From positions 352,001 through 416,000 of the forward strand of contig CAXXHB010000003.1 in NCBI GenBank assembly GCA_963664815.2: a stretch of DNA of 64,000 bases, read 5' to 3'. A program made the position numbers and the translations under genes. Shown here piece after piece: positions 1-10,806 of the stretch; the stretch's first letter is position 1, and every line of letters starts with the position of its first letter. A model generated the notes under the pieces. The model had not been told where the DNA came from and did no database searches. It worked only from the letters and a program-made list of their open reading frames with translations. The stretch is from Spirochaetota bacterium (lineage in GTDB: Bacteria > Spirochaetota > UBA4802 > UBA5550).

Positions 1-155
1 CCGCGGTAAATAACATCGCTGCCAGACATAATGCCGACTTCATATTTAATTCAGGAGACAGTATGGTTTATTCGAAATTGTCATATGATGTTACAAATGA
101 AGTTATAAGTGAACTAAAGAGTCTAGAAAAAAGAACATCGCCTGTATATAAATAA
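1..155 (+). CDS. OmpH/Skp-family periplasmic chaperone, 3' end only (partial)
   Basis: Frame from base 3 reads AVNNIAARHNADFIFNSGDSMVYSKLSYDVTNEVISELK...VYK* (TAA 153-155). The 'IA...FIFN...VY.....DVT.EVI..L' pattern resembles the Skp C-terminus. Confidence 0.6.
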   Translation, partial: AVNNIAARHNADFIFNSGDSMVYSKLSYDVTNEVISELKSLEKRTSPVYK

Positions 156-172
156 AAAACGATCCGGAGATT

Positions 173-838
173 ATGAGAAAAATCTGCTATATAATATTTT
201 CTGCTTTAATTTTTATTTCCTGTAGTGATGTGAAAAAGGAGTCTCTGCAGAAAGTTTTTTCATCTCATAAAGTAGTATATGCTCTCGTAATAATAAAGAA
301 AGAGTTTAAACTGGAAGTTTATGATTCCGGTTACAGGAAAATCAATTCATATAGTATAGGTATTGCTCACAACCCTGATATGAAACCCAAACTCTATGAA
401 GGCGACAACAGAACTCCGGAAGGAATATATGAGATTAATGAAATATTGAGTATGGATTCTGCAAAAGAGTCTGAATCATACAGAAAGCTTATGAATATGA
501 ACAGGGTCTATTTTAAAAAATCAAAGGGTTATCATAAATTTGGAGATCCTGAATCTGATCTTGGTGATAATGCCTATGGTCCAAGATATTATGGAATTAA
601 TTATCCGGTTGATAAAGATTTTGATAATTACAGGAAAGCGTATGATAAGGGTGGAATCCCCTCCATAAATGGTAAACCTGCAGAGATAGGCTACGGGATA
701 GCAATACATGGGAATAATGATGAAGAATCAATCGGGCATCTGTGTTCAAGCGGATGTATCAGGATGTATAACCGCGATGTTATTGATCTTGAGAAATATG
801 TTGTGCTTTCTACGCCGGTTATTATACTGCACGAATAA
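173..838 (+). CDS. L,D-transpeptidase (YkuD family) lipoprotein
   Basis: Lipobox-like FISC; EGDNRTPEG motif; catalytic IAIHG...SSGCIRM motif. Confidence 0.9.
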   Translation: MRKICYIIFSALIFISCSDVKKESLQKVFSSHKVVYALVIIKKEFKLEVYDSGYRKINSYSIGIAHNPDMKPKLYEGDNRTPEGIYEINEILSMDSAKESESYRKLMNMNRVYFKKSKGYHKFGDPESDLGDNAYGPRYYGINYPVDKDFDNYRKAYDKGGIPSINGKPAEIGYGIAIHGNNDEESIGHLCSSGCIRMYNRDVIDLEKYVVLSTPVIILHE

Positions 839-988
839 CATTATGTATTTGTATATTTTTCCGGAGAATTATTAAGGTTTATTCTGAATGAATTATACTT
901 ATGCATTTGTAATAGGTGGAAATTAATAAGTTGACATAAGCAACTTGTTATTAAGTATTGAAAATATTCAAAGAATTTATATAACAGG

Positions 989-1297
989 ATGTGTATTATG
1001 TTTGGAGCAGCTTACGCGCAGGGGCAGGGCGCAGCAGGATCGGGAAGCTGGATGAGTTTTGTCCCGATAGTCCTTATGATTGTCATTTTCTATTTCCTTC
1101 TGATCAGACCACAACAGAAAAAAGAGAAACAAAGGTTGGCTATGATTAATAATTTAAAGAATGGAGACAAGATAATTACTGCAAGTGGAATGTACGGAGT
1201 TGTTACAGGAATAAAAGATGACATCATTATTGTAAAAGTCGCGTCTAACACTAATATTGAATTTTCAAAAAGCGCTATACAGGCTAAGATTTCCTGA
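989..1297 (+). CDS. yajC: Preprotein translocase subunit YajC (start may be ATG 998)
   Basis: FYFLLIRPQQKK and GDKIITASGMYG motifs; upstream of secD. Confidence 0.95.
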   Translation: MCIMFGAAYAQGQGAAGSGSWMSFVPIVLMIVIFYFLLIRPQQKKEKQRLAMINNLKNGDKIITASGMYGVVTGIKDDIIIVKVASNTNIEFSKSAIQAKIS

Positions 1298-1317
1298 AAA
1301 GGGTAAAAAAATATTTT

Positions 1318-1935
1318 ATGAAATTGTTAAAGGTGTTAACAATAATATTACTTTCGGTTTCTTTATTTTTTTCGGTTTCATATACCCAGGAAAATAATAC
1401 CGGTGCCGTTATTGACAATCTGCAGAACAATAACAAATCCGGAGATGTTCCCGCTGCCGAAATCGAGAAAACAGTTACAACGCCTACCAAAAAAGAAACA
1501 GAAACAGCGGACAAAAAACAGCCTTCAATTCCTGAACATAAAAGCGAAAACAGGAAAAAAGAAAAACCTGAAAAAAAAGTTACTGCTGCACCTGTTGAAG
1601 ATAAGGAAGAGAACACTGAGCAGGTAAAGGCAGAAGGGGATCTCCTTCCTATAAATGAAGGGAATTTTAAATATAAGAGAATACCTGATATAAAACTGGT
1701 CGATATAACTCCGGAAACTACCAATTCAGGCTCACTGATTTCTGAAAAACCGGGTCAAAGTAATGAGGTAAATACCGGCTTTCTTGGATTGAGTAAAACT
1801 GCATCCGATGTTATTGTAAAAGGCGGAGTACTTCTTCTTATACTTATAATCTTTATAATTTATAAAACAAGAATGTCCGGTCCTGGCGGTAAAAGTTCAA
1901 AAAGAAGAAATGTTTTGAATAGTTACAGGAAATAA
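1318..1935 (+). CDS. Hypothetical membrane-anchored protein with charged low-complexity linker
   Basis: Signal peptide, K/E/T-rich middle, C-terminal TM helix; lies between yajC and secD. Confidence 0.65.
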   Translation: MKLLKVLTIILLSVSLFFSVSYTQENNTGAVIDNLQNNNKSGDVPAAEIEKTVTTPTKKETETADKKQPSIPEHKSENRKKEKPEKKVTAAPVEDKEENTEQVKAEGDLLPINEGNFKYKRIPDIKLVDITPETTNSGSLISEKPGQSNEVNTGFLGLSKTASDVIVKGGVLLLILIIFIIYKTRMSGPGGKSSKRRNVLNSYRK

Positions 1936-1954
1936 TATTTCACAGAGGAATTAG

Positions 1955-3610
1955 ATGACTAAAGAAATGATCAGGAAACTCATTTTTATAATCTTATTAA
2001 TTACATTTTGCGTTGTTTTAATACTTCCTACCATTGGGAGTAAAAAGATGGAAATAAAACTTGCGGATACTGCTACTACTGAAGATATTGAAGCGGTTAA
2101 ACAGCGGTTTTCCGGGAGCGGGTATAGTCTGAAAATAGATGATAAAAAAATAACTGTAGCGGGGAGAAATATTACTGATGCAGTTATGAATGAAATGAAA
2201 GTTTTAAATGGTGTTTCAGATGTAAAAATTTTAAAACACTGGGCCGAAACTGTATTTTTGGCTAAGAAGATAAATCTCGGTCTTGACCTTCAGGGAGGAA
2301 TGCACCTTGTTCTTAAGGCAGATTTTGAAGGTACTGAAAAAAAACTTGGCCGTGAACTTTCCGAAAAAGATAAAAACGAAATAACACAGCAGGCTTTGGA
2401 ACTCATCCGGAGCCGTATTGATAAATTTGGCGTATCTGAGCCTCAGATAAGACCTCGTGGAAATGAAGCAATTGAGATAGGTTTGCCTGGCATTAAAGAT
2501 CCTGCAGGTGTAAAAAAAGCTATTGGTACAACAGGAAGTCTGGAGTATAGGCTTGTAGATGATAATTATACAGGATTGGCTAATGCCTGGTTAAAAGAAA
2601 ATTTTAAAGATAAGGAACTCCCATCTGATCCTGTAGAACTGAAGTCTTTGCTTTTAAAAATTTCAGAAGGTATTAAGCTTCCTGATAATCTGGAAGCTTT
2701 ATTCTCATATAAGAGAGTTAAGGATAAAGGAATTATAGTTCCGGATTATCCGATAGTTCTTTTAAAAGAAATTTCTCTTAAAGGAACAGATATACAGGAA
2801 GCAATGGTTGAAAAAGATGAATATAATCAGGTAGTTGTCGCATTTAAAACAACATCAGATGGAGCTTCTAAATTTGCAGAAGCTACTTCAGAAAAAAATC
2901 ATGGGAAAAAACTGGCAATTGTTCTTGATGATAAGGTCAGGAATGCTCCTAATATTAAAGACACTATCGGATCCGGAAGCGGTACTATTAGTGGCGGTTT
3001 TTCTTTTGAAGAAGCCCAAACTCTGGCTAGGGTAATTAAGGAAGGGGCTCTTCCTGTCAATTTGAGAATCATTGAGGAAAGGTCAGTAGGGCCGTCTCTT
3101 GGTCAGGATTCGATTGAAGCGGGAATAAAGTCTTTTATCGTTGGTCTGGGTGCGATTATAATTTTTATGATTATTTATTATAAATGGGCAGGTGTAATAG
3201 CAAATCTGGGTTTAATTTTAAATTTTATATTTATGATGGCAGTACTATCCCTCCTTGGATATACTTTGACTTTGCCGGGTATAGCCGGTTTTGTACTTAC
3301 AATGGGGATGTCTGTTGATGCAAACGTAATTATTTATGAGAGAATAAAAGAGGAATTGAAAAGAGGAAAATCGGTAAGATTTGCTATTTCAGCAGGATTT
3401 GATAAAGGTTTCTGGACTATTTTTGATTCTAACCTGACAACTCTTTTGGCTGCTTTTATACTATATGAGTTCGGCACAGGTCCGATAAAAGGATTTGCTG
3501 TTTCACTTTTCGTAGGATTATTAGCAAGTATGTTTGTGGCTCTGTATATTACAAGATTTACCTATGAATTGTTATCATTAGATAAAAAGAAAACTAAACT
3601 TAGTATATAA
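1955..3610 (+). CDS. secD: Protein translocase subunit SecD
   Basis: LGLDLQGGMHL, RIDKFGVSEP, VGPSLGQDSI, LTLPGIAG, SVDANVIIYERIKEE. Confidence 0.97.
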   Translation: MTKEMIRKLIFIILLITFCVVLILPTIGSKKMEIKLADTATTEDIEAVKQRFSGSGYSLKIDDKKITVAGRNITDAVMNEMKVLNGVSDVKILKHWAETVFLAKKINLGLDLQGGMHLVLKADFEGTEKKLGRELSEKDKNEITQQALELIRSRIDKFGVSEPQIRPRGNEAIEIGLPGIKDPAGVKKAIGTTGSLEYRLVDDNYTGLANAWLKENFKDKELPSDPVELKSLLLKISEGIKLPDNLEALFSYKRVKDKGIIVPDYPIVLLKEISLKGTDIQEAMVEKDEYNQVVVAFKTTSDGASKFAEATSEKNHGKKLAIVLDDKVRNAPNIKDTIGSGSGTISGGFSFEEAQTLARVIKEGALPVNLRIIEERSVGPSLGQDSIEAGIKSFIVGLGAIIIFMIIYYKWAGVIANLGLILNFIFMMAVLSLLGYTLTLPGIAGFVLTMGMSVDANVIIYERIKEELKRGKSVRFAISAGFDKGFWTIFDSNLTTLLAAFILYEFGTGPIKGFAVSLFVGLLASMFVALYITRFTYELLSLDKKKTKLSI

Positions 3611-3621
3611 GGAGAGATGTT

Positions 3622-4527
3622 TTGGAGAGGAAAACAATAAATTTTCTTGAATATAGACATATAGCTATCGGATTTTCCTGGATTATGATTGTTGGTTTTA
3701 CCGCCATAACATTGTTCAGAGGTGGATTTATTATGGGTATTGACTTTGTCGGAGGATATAAAGTTATAGCCAAATTTGAGGATAAAACAGTTAACGAAGC
3801 TAAAATAAGACATGCTTTAACAGCATTTGATATAGAAATACAACAGGTTGGTGAACCTGTTAAAAATGAGTATATGATTTCTACAAAGCTTGAAAATATA
3901 CCAGCTAATAATTCCAGCGGAACACCAGTATTATCAAAGTATGAAATGTTGAAAAATACAATATCAGAAAATTTTAAGGGTTCTACAATTATAAGTGAGG
4001 AAAATGTTGGTCCTTCTATTGGAGATTTTTTAAGAAAATCTGCCTGGAAACTCTCCTTTATGTCTATAGTGATGATGACTATTTATCTTGCATTCAGGTT
4101 CGAATTGAAATATGCTGTTGGAGCCATGATTGCTCTGCTTCACGATATAGCAGCAACGATTGCCTTTTGCGGTCTTATGAAAGTAGAATTTAATATTCCT
4201 GTTATAGCAGCATTACTTACAATTTTTGGATATTCAGTTAACGATACAATTGTAATTTTTGACAGGATTAGGGAAACAAATGAACTGAAATTAAAAGAGA
4301 CTTTTATTCATACAATGGATAAAGCAATCACACAAACTTTATCACGGACAATACTAACGGTAATGTTAACTCTTTTTGCTGTTATAGCGCTGTTTATACT
4401 TGGCGGACCTGTGCTGCATGACTTTTCACTTGTCCTTCTTTTCGGATTTGTTGTCGGGGCATATTCTTCTATATTTATTGCTTCTCCTTTTGTTTATTGG
4501 TGGGAACAGTTGGTTGTAAAAAAATAA
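3622..4527 (+). CDS. secF: Protein translocase subunit SecF
   Basis: GIDFVGG, VGPSIG, LLHD, GYSVNDTIVIFDRIRE; TTG start 7 nt after AAGGAG. Confidence 0.97.
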   Translation: MERKTINFLEYRHIAIGFSWIMIVGFTAITLFRGGFIMGIDFVGGYKVIAKFEDKTVNEAKIRHALTAFDIEIQQVGEPVKNEYMISTKLENIPANNSSGTPVLSKYEMLKNTISENFKGSTIISEENVGPSIGDFLRKSAWKLSFMSIVMMTIYLAFRFELKYAVGAMIALLHDIAATIAFCGLMKVEFNIPVIAALLTIFGYSVNDTIVIFDRIRETNELKLKETFIHTMDKAITQTLSRTILTVMLTLFAVIALFILGGPVLHDFSLVLLFGFVVGAYSSIFIASPFVYWWEQLVVKK

Positions 4528-4576
4528 AATTATTTTCAGGAGCAGGAATAGACTTTGTCCTGAGCTCTGTTTAAAA

Positions 4577-5464
4577 TTGAAGAATCTTAAATATTCTTTT
4601 TTCATATTATTTTTGTTCATTCATACAATGGTGTCAGCTGAAGAAGCACCATTGTATGATGATTTTACTCCGGAGAAAATTTCCTCTTTTACCTGTTCAC
4701 TAATTGAAAAGGGTGAGTATTACAGGGCATATGTTGAACTCCTCAGGGTTCGTTCATATTATCCGTCATTCATTGATACTTCTGTTTATGATATTACTGC
4801 TGATTATCTGTTCTATAAAAGCAAAAGATATGAAGATCTGCTGAAGATTGATGTTGCGGGTGTCAATGATGATATTTTTATACCTATATCACTTTTCCAG
4901 ATTGATAGTTTTATAAAACTTAAAAGGAAAGCGGATGCTGAATTAAAATTGGCTGAGTTATATAAAAGACCTGATGCAGATATTTATATGGAATATCTTA
5001 AAAAAAGATCAGTATATTTGTTGATTCTGTCTTCCAATTATGATTCAAATAAGATAAAAAATATGTATCCTGAATATAATGAGTTGTTCTATTATTCTGA
5101 AATTAATTATGAAAGCAGAAAAAACCCGTTTATTGGAGCTTTTGCGGGAATAATTCCAGGTATGGGATATTGTTATGCCGGAGAAATCGGCACAGGCATT
5201 GTGGCAATGGTTGTTATCGGGATTGGTTCTGCTGTGACATATGGTGCACACAGTTATGACCTTAATTCACTTTCAGTAATCACCGGTGCTATAACGTTTT
5301 TTTTCTACGGAGGTAGTATTGCAGGTGGATATATGCAGACGCTTAAGTTTAATGATCGCCTTGAAAGAGCTTTGGAGATGAAGCTTGACAGGGAGCTTTC
5401 GCCGGAAAAAGATATCGATGAGATTTATTTTAAATTCGGGATAAATTCTAATGACTGCAAATGA
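4577..5464 (+). CDS. Hypothetical membrane protein (helical N-terminus, TM2-like K.P......S.IIPG.G..Y motif)
   Basis: 295-aa ORF with signal peptide and C-terminal hydrophobic helices; overlaps the ribD start. Confidence 0.7.
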   Translation: MKNLKYSFFILFLFIHTMVSAEEAPLYDDFTPEKISSFTCSLIEKGEYYRAYVELLRVRSYYPSFIDTSVYDITADYLFYKSKRYEDLLKIDVAGVNDDIFIPISLFQIDSFIKLKRKADAELKLAELYKRPDADIYMEYLKKRSVYLLILSSNYDSNKIKNMYPEYNELFYYSEINYESRKNPFIGAFAGIIPGMGYCYAGEIGTGIVAMVVIGIGSAVTYGAHSYDLNSLSVITGAITFFFYGGSIAGGYMQTLKFNDRLERALEMKLDRELSPEKDIDEIYFKFGINSNDCK

Positions 5465-6677
5465 TAGATTCATGAAACGGGCTTGTGAGATCGCCTTTAC
5501 CAGAATCGGAAAGACTTCACCGAATCCGGCTGTCGGCGCAGTAATAGTCAATAATGGAATTATTATCGGGGAAGGGGGTACCGGTGCTTATGGCAGCGAT
5601 CATGCCGAAGTAGCAGCTCTAAAGGATGCTAAAAGTAAGGGTAATGACATTGAAGGAGCAGAAATTTATGTATCTCTGGAACCATGCAGCCATTACGGCA
5701 AGACTCCTCCCTGCACTGAAGCGTTAATCAAAAACGGAATAAAAAAGGTTTATCTGCCTCTTCTTGATCCGAATCCTGTTGTGTCCGGGAATGGTGTTAA
5801 GTCTCTGATCGGGGCAGGGATTGAGATAAATATCATGCATAATCATTTCAATGCTGCGTCGGATATGCTCCGCAGTTTTAAAAAATATATATTGAGAAAT
5901 GAACCTTTTATTATTAATAAATGTGCAATAACTTTAGACGGTAAAATTGCCGCAGATTCAGGTGATTCAAAATGGATATCAAATGAATATACCAGATTAT
6001 TTGTCCATAAACTCCGGTCTAAAGTTGATGCGGTAATAATTGGCAGCAACACTTTTATAAATGATAATCCAATGCTAAATGTCAGGTTGAATGATTTCAA
6101 CGGAGATATATATAATAAATTAAAAGAAAGCTCGGGGATTGTCAGTGGAAGGGATAACTTTTATCTTACCGGTTTGCTTAATAGTGAAATAACTGATTAT
6201 AAAGAACCGTTGAGAGTAATGATCGGCATGCCCCCTGATATTTCTCCGGATTCTAATTTTATTCGTGATAATAATTATATAATTATCACCGATGAAAAAA
6301 CATTTGGAGATGCAGTCTGTAAAAATCGTGAATTGAAAAAAATTACAGAAAAACTGAATATTGTCAAAGGAAGCTTCACCTCAAATGTTGAAAGTGTAAG
6401 GTTTGTTCTTGAAGTTCTTAAAGCAAAAGGGATTATGACGGCTCTCCTTGAGGGTGGAGGTACATTGAATGGTTCGTTCTTTAATGCGGGAGCTATTGAT
6501 CAGTTTTTATATGTTATTGCACCTAAAGTATTAGGAAGCGGAATTTCTCCAATTCGCGGGAAAGTGAGCGAGAAAATTACAGATTCGCTTATTCTGAGGG
6601 ATATATCGGCTGTTTTAATCGGAGATAATATGCTGTTCAATGGCTATAAAGAAGAATATAATTTTGAAATGATGTGA
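5451..6677 (+). CDS. ribD: Bifunctional riboflavin deaminase/reductase RibD
   Basis: TSPNPAVG, HAE, LEPCSHYGKTPPC, TLDGKIA, LEGGG. Confidence 0.97.
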   Translation: MTANDRFMKRACEIAFTRIGKTSPNPAVGAVIVNNGIIIGEGGTGAYGSDHAEVAALKDAKSKGNDIEGAEIYVSLEPCSHYGKTPPCTEALIKNGIKKVYLPLLDPNPVVSGNGVKSLIGAGIEINIMHNHFNAASDMLRSFKKYILRNEPFIINKCAITLDGKIAADSGDSKWISNEYTRLFVHKLRSKVDAVIIGSNTFINDNPMLNVRLNDFNGDIYNKLKESSGIVSGRDNFYLTGLLNSEITDYKEPLRVMIGMPPDISPDSNFIRDNNYIIITDEKTFGDAVCKNRELKKITEKLNIVKGSFTSNVESVRFVLEVLKAKGIMTALLEGGGTLNGSFFNAGAIDQFLYVIAPKVLGSGISPIRGKVSEKITDSLILRDISAVLIGDNMLFNGYKEEYNFEMM

Positions 6678-6684
6678 GGCGTCC

Positions 6685-7341
6685 ATGTTTACAGGTTTGA
6701 TCGAAGAAACAGGTTCAGTTCTTGGGATTAGAGGCTCTGGTGAAGGTAAGATACTAGAAATAGGCGCTGATAAAGTTCTGGAAGGGACAAAAAAAGGCGA
6801 TTCAATCTCAATCAATGGAGCATGTCAGACCGTCGTAGATATGTCATCAAATAGTTTTTCTGTTTTTGTTTCAAGAGTAACGCTTGGAATTACTACACTG
6901 GGAGAGTTTATACCCGGGCGGATTGTGAACCTGGAGAGGGCTCTGACTTTAAACTCAAGGCTTGGAGGGCATATTGTTCAGGGACATGTCGATTGCCGCG
7001 GGAAAGTGAGGAATATCAAAGCAGATGTCAAAGGTGTGGATATAGATATTGATGTAAGTGGAGATTATGGTAAATATATAGTTGAAAAAGGATCAATTAC
7101 AGTAGATGGGATTTCATTGACGGTAGTTTCAATAAGAGAAAACGGATTTAAGCTTTATCTGATACCGGAAACCATTGATAATACTATTATCAAAAACTGG
7201 AAAGCAGGAACTGAAGTAAATATTGAAACAGACATATTGGCGAGGTATGTTGAACAGATGTTAAAATTCGGGAAAAATTATCCAGATAAGAAGAATGATA
7301 TTAATCTCATGAATAAACTTTTTGAAAATGGTTATATATAA
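6685..7341 (+). CDS. ribE: Riboflavin synthase (alpha chain)
   Basis: MFTGLIEE N-terminus, NGACQTV, VNLERAL, GGHIVQGHVD. Confidence 0.97.
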   Translation: MFTGLIEETGSVLGIRGSGEGKILEIGADKVLEGTKKGDSISINGACQTVVDMSSNSFSVFVSRVTLGITTLGEFIPGRIVNLERALTLNSRLGGHIVQGHVDCRGKVRNIKADVKGVDIDIDVSGDYGKYIVEKGSITVDGISLTVVSIRENGFKLYLIPETIDNTIIKNWKAGTEVNIETDILARYVEQMLKFGKNYPDKKNDINLMNKLFENGYI

Positions 7342-7384
7342 CCATTTTCGTAATTTAAAAAATGATTTTATTCCTGAATTCTGA

Positions 7385-8470
7385 TCAGGGAAGGTTGAAA
7401 ATCTTTTTAAGATTAATTGATTCAGGTTTGAGAGGAAGCGCTATTATTTTTCTGCCAAGATGTGATGAATAATATATTGCATGGATTATCTCAAGGGCTT
7501 TATAGCCATCATCTATTCCGGATATTGCCGGCGGATTTTTACCGTTAAGAATCTGAGATGCATATTTGTAGAGTTCCGTAAAACAGTTTTTGTTTTTTAT
7601 TAATGGAAATTTTACTTCACTTATATCGTTAAAACCACTATATAGAACAGACTTCTTTTTAAGAAAAAGTCTGTTATATCCATTACCAATAAGAATCTTC
7701 CCTTCGGTTCCCCATATTTCGAGTTCAAACTGAAAGTATTTTCTTCCTCCGCCGGCTTCGAGGAAAATATTTATCCCGCTACTACTCTGAAGCCATGCAG
7801 ATGCTGTATCTTCAAAGCCTGAATTTCTTGTGAATCTTGAAAACTCTCCCTGAACAGTTATAACATCGCCAAGTATGTATCTGATAATATCAACGAGATG
7901 TGTTCCGTCATGAAGCAGAGGTCCGCCACCCTCTTCGATGAATGATTCGCCTCTGTATGAACCGGTTAACATTCTTGCATTGACAGTTTTAATTTCACCA
8001 ATTACTCTGTTTTCCACCATATTTTTTACTTTATTATATCTGCTGTCAAATCTTCTCTCGTGATTGACAATTACATGGCAGCCGGATTTTTGCGATTCGT
8101 AAATTATTTTTTTTATAAGTGGTAGAGATGCAGCTGCTGGTTTTTCAAGGATAATGATCTTTGCGCCGCTCTTTATTGCATCAAGAGCGATGGTTGCATG
8201 TGTATCTGTCCATGTGGCTATAATAACCATATGCGGTTTTCTGTTTTTAAGAAGTTTTTTGTAATCTGTAAAAAGTGAAGAATCCGGAATATTTGCCGTA
8301 AGGCCGAACTCTCTCAGTTTGTCTGGATTACTGTCACAAGCTGATGTGATTTTCAGATTTGCTGAGACTGCGCCGCCGAAATGTGTACAGGGTTTATTCC
8401 GAAGTTTGTCTTTTTCAAGGATGAATCCTATCCTTCCGCAACCAATCAGTGAGACTTCAGGAGCAGCCAT
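7385..8470 (-). CDS. Gfo/Idh/MocA family oxidoreductase
   Basis: IGCGRIG Rossmann motif, LEKP, GGGPLLHDGTH. Confidence 0.9.
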   Translation of the reverse strand: MAAPEVSLIGCGRIGFILEKDKLRNKPCTHFGGAVSANLKITSACDSNPDKLREFGLTANIPDSSLFTDYKKLLKNRKPHMVIIATWTDTHATIALDAIKSGAKIIILEKPAAASLPLIKKIIYESQKSGCHVIVNHERRFDSRYNKVKNMVENRVIGEIKTVNARMLTGSYRGESFIEEGGGPLLHDGTHLVDIIRYILGDVITVQGEFSRFTRNSGFEDTASAWLQSSSGINIFLEAGGGRKYFQFELEIWGTEGKILIGNGYNRLFLKKKSVLYSGFNDISEVKFPLIKNKNCFTELYKYASQILNGKNPPAISGIDDGYKALEIIHAIYYSSHLGRKIIALPLKPESINLKKIFNLP

Positions 8471-8471
8471 A

Positions 8472-9782
8472 TCAGAGTCTGGGGAAATAAGCTTTTATTT
8501 CATAATCGGTAATATATCTGTTAAATTGTTCCTGTTCATAAATCTTATTATCGATAATATTCTGATGTATGAAATCACCAAGTATTTCTTTCATGAATGA
8601 ACTTTTTGAAAAGCTTGTAAGAGCTTCATGGAGCTGTAAAGGTAATGTCGGGAATTTCCCGGGTTCATTTTTATAATTGCCTGAATCCAGTGGCTCCTGA
8701 AGATCATACTTCTCCTCAATTCCTTTTAATCCGGAAGCAAGCATTACAGAAAACGCAAGGTATGGATTACATGCCGGATCAGGATTCCTCAATTCAACTC
8801 GCATCGACGCCGGTTTATCATGACGGCATTGAGGAATACGCACCATTGCCGATTGGCTGTTTCTGCTCCAGGTTGCGTGTGTTGGAGACTCATATCCTGC
8901 AACAAGTCTTTTATATGAATTTATCCACTGGTTTGTTATTATAAAATATTCGCTGCTGTGTTTTAATAACCCGGCAATAAAATGTCTTCCATCACTGGAA
9001 AGATGATTTTCACTTTTCTCGTCAAAAAAAATATTTACATCATCTCTGAACAGTGACTGGTGTATATGAAGACCAGATCCGTTTTGTCCTTTAAGTGGTT
9101 TTGGCATAAAGGAGGCATATATGCTGTTAAGCTGCCCAATCTCTTTTGCTATTACTTTAAATGTCATAATGTTGTCTGCTGTTGTAAGAGCATCTTCATG
9201 CCTCAAATCAATTTCATGCTGGCTGTATGACCCTTCATGATGGGATGATATTACATCAATTCCCATCTTTTCCAGTGTAAGGACAGTTTGTCTCCTGTAA
9301 TCAGCTGCCGCATCCAGAGGTGTAAGATCAAAATATCCGCCACGATCCAGAATCTCGGGTTTATCAATGCTTTTAAAAAAGAAAAATTCAATTTCCGGGC
9401 CTGTATAAAATGTAAGACCTTTGGAAGCAGCTTTTTGCAGGTTTTTCTTTAAAATATGCCTGGAATCTCCTTCAAATGGAGTTTTATCAATTCTGTATAT
9501 ATCGCAGAATATTCTGGCTACTGAATCTTCCTGTGGTCTCCACGGGAGCAGCTTGAATGTGGAAACATCGGGAATTGCAATCATCTCCTCTTCATCTGAT
9601 CGTATATAACCAAGCAATGTTGATCCATCAACACGGACACCTTCATCCAGGGCATCTTCAAATTCGTCAATTGTAATAGCAAAACTTTTCAGAAAGCCCA
9701 GGATATCGGTAAACCAAAGCCGTATGAATTTAATTTTATTATCATGGGCAAATTTTAAAATATAATCTTTATCTGTATTCAT
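8472..9782 (-). CDS. glnA: Glutamine synthetase type I family protein
   Basis: LWFTDILG, GPEIEFF, HHE...QHEID, FMPKP, NGSGLHIH, SYKRLVAGYESP, RVELRNPDPACNPYL. Confidence 0.9.
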   Translation of the reverse strand: MNTDKDYILKFAHDNKIKFIRLWFTDILGFLKSFAITIDEFEDALDEGVRVDGSTLLGYIRSDEEEMIAIPDVSTFKLLPWRPQEDSVARIFCDIYRIDKTPFEGDSRHILKKNLQKAASKGLTFYTGPEIEFFFFKSIDKPEILDRGGYFDLTPLDAAADYRRQTVLTLEKMGIDVISSHHEGSYSQHEIDLRHEDALTTADNIMTFKVIAKEIGQLNSIYASFMPKPLKGQNGSGLHIHQSLFRDDVNIFFDEKSENHLSSDGRHFIAGLLKHSSEYFIITNQWINSYKRLVAGYESPTHATWSRNSQSAMVRIPQCRHDKPASMRVELRNPDPACNPYLAFSVMLASGLKGIEEKYDLQEPLDSGNYKNEPGKFPTLPLQLHEALTSFSKSSFMKEILGDFIHQNIIDNKIYEQEQFNRYITDYEIKAYFPRL

Positions 9783-9810
9783 TGTATTCCTTTTTTTAAT
9801 GATAGCAGTT

Positions 9811-10806
9811 CTACCAGCTCAGCATTATAAGAAGAATAAACAGGAGTAGTATAATGACAAAAAGACCAGCCATAATCATTATGCTCTTTCCGGAGCTTGA
9901 GTTGTCTTGATTAACTTCCGGTGAGGGGATGTCCTTTTTATCCGGAGGTTTTGCTTTATCATTTATTATATTGTCAGTTTTCGGATCATACATTTTAAGC
10001 TTAACCAGTTTTTCATCTTCTATACAGAGGCCATAAACTCCAGGTACAATTTCAGTAAGTAACTCAACAGGACTATTTTTCCCGGAGGATTTTATATCTA
10101 TTACTGCAGCAGGTATGGTTTTTATTCCCCGATCATCTTTTAAATTATAAAGATCAATATAATACTGTTCTTTGCTTGTAGTGGGTATTATTTTTACCAT
10201 GATTCTATCACCAATGCGAAGTTCATAGATAGGTTTGCCGTTGAGAGGGGCCAGTACGGGTTTGATTTGAAGTATTACTCCGTGACTGTCTTTTTTTTCC
10301 CGGGTTTCGTTTTCTTCATCTTCTTTTGAATTCTGAGGTTTAGATCTGTCTTCTTTTACATTCTGTAGTTCCTGTAAGGAAATCTCCTGTATTAGTGTTT
10401 CCATTACAAGGTTTTTATCATGAATTATTCTGTTTATTAAATCATAAAGAATCAGATCCATCTGGTCATAATCATAATTGTAAACGTTGTCATAAAGAAG
10501 TTTCATGTTTTTAGTGTCATCGGCAATCTTGTTGAAGGCTTCAGTAATTGATGCGGTCATACTATTATTAAAGCTGCCTTTCCATTTGCGATCTACAATA
10601 TATTCTTCATATTTATGCCATGGTGTTCCAGGTTCTATATCGTACATATCTGAATAAGAGGAAACAATTACATGATGGTTCTCAAGTTTCTTCATGGCAT
10701 TGAATGTCAGAAGGAAAAGACCATAGAGGTTCATTGAGGTAGATTTGAATCTGCCTTTGACAATCAGAATATTTCCTTCGGTTTGTGCTGATAATTCAGA
10801 ATCCAT
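9811..10806 (-). CDS. Hypothetical protein with C-terminal TM anchor
   Basis: 331-aa ORF, co-oriented and closely spaced with glnA. Confidence 0.7.
   Translation of the reverse strand: MDSELSAQTEGNILIVKGRFKSTSMNLYGLFLLTFNAMKKLENHHVIVSSYSDMYDIEPGTPWHKYEEYIVDRKWKGSFNNSMTASITEAFNKIADDTKNMKLLYDNVYNYDYDQMDLILYDLINRIIHDKNLVMETLIQEISLQELQNVKEDRSKPQNSKEDEENETREKKDSHGVILQIKPVLAPLNGKPIYELRIGDRIMVKIIPTTSKEQYYIDLYNLKDDRGIKTIPAAVIDIKSSGKNSPVELLTEIVPGVYGLCIEDEKLVKLKMYDPKTDNIINDKAKPPDKKDIPSPEVNQDNSSSGKSIMIMAGLFVIILLLFILLIMLSW

Noticed and set aside
923-960. TTGACA plus imperfect palindrome upstream of yajC
   Set aside because: No properly spaced -10 was found, and AT-rich palindromes arise easily by chance.
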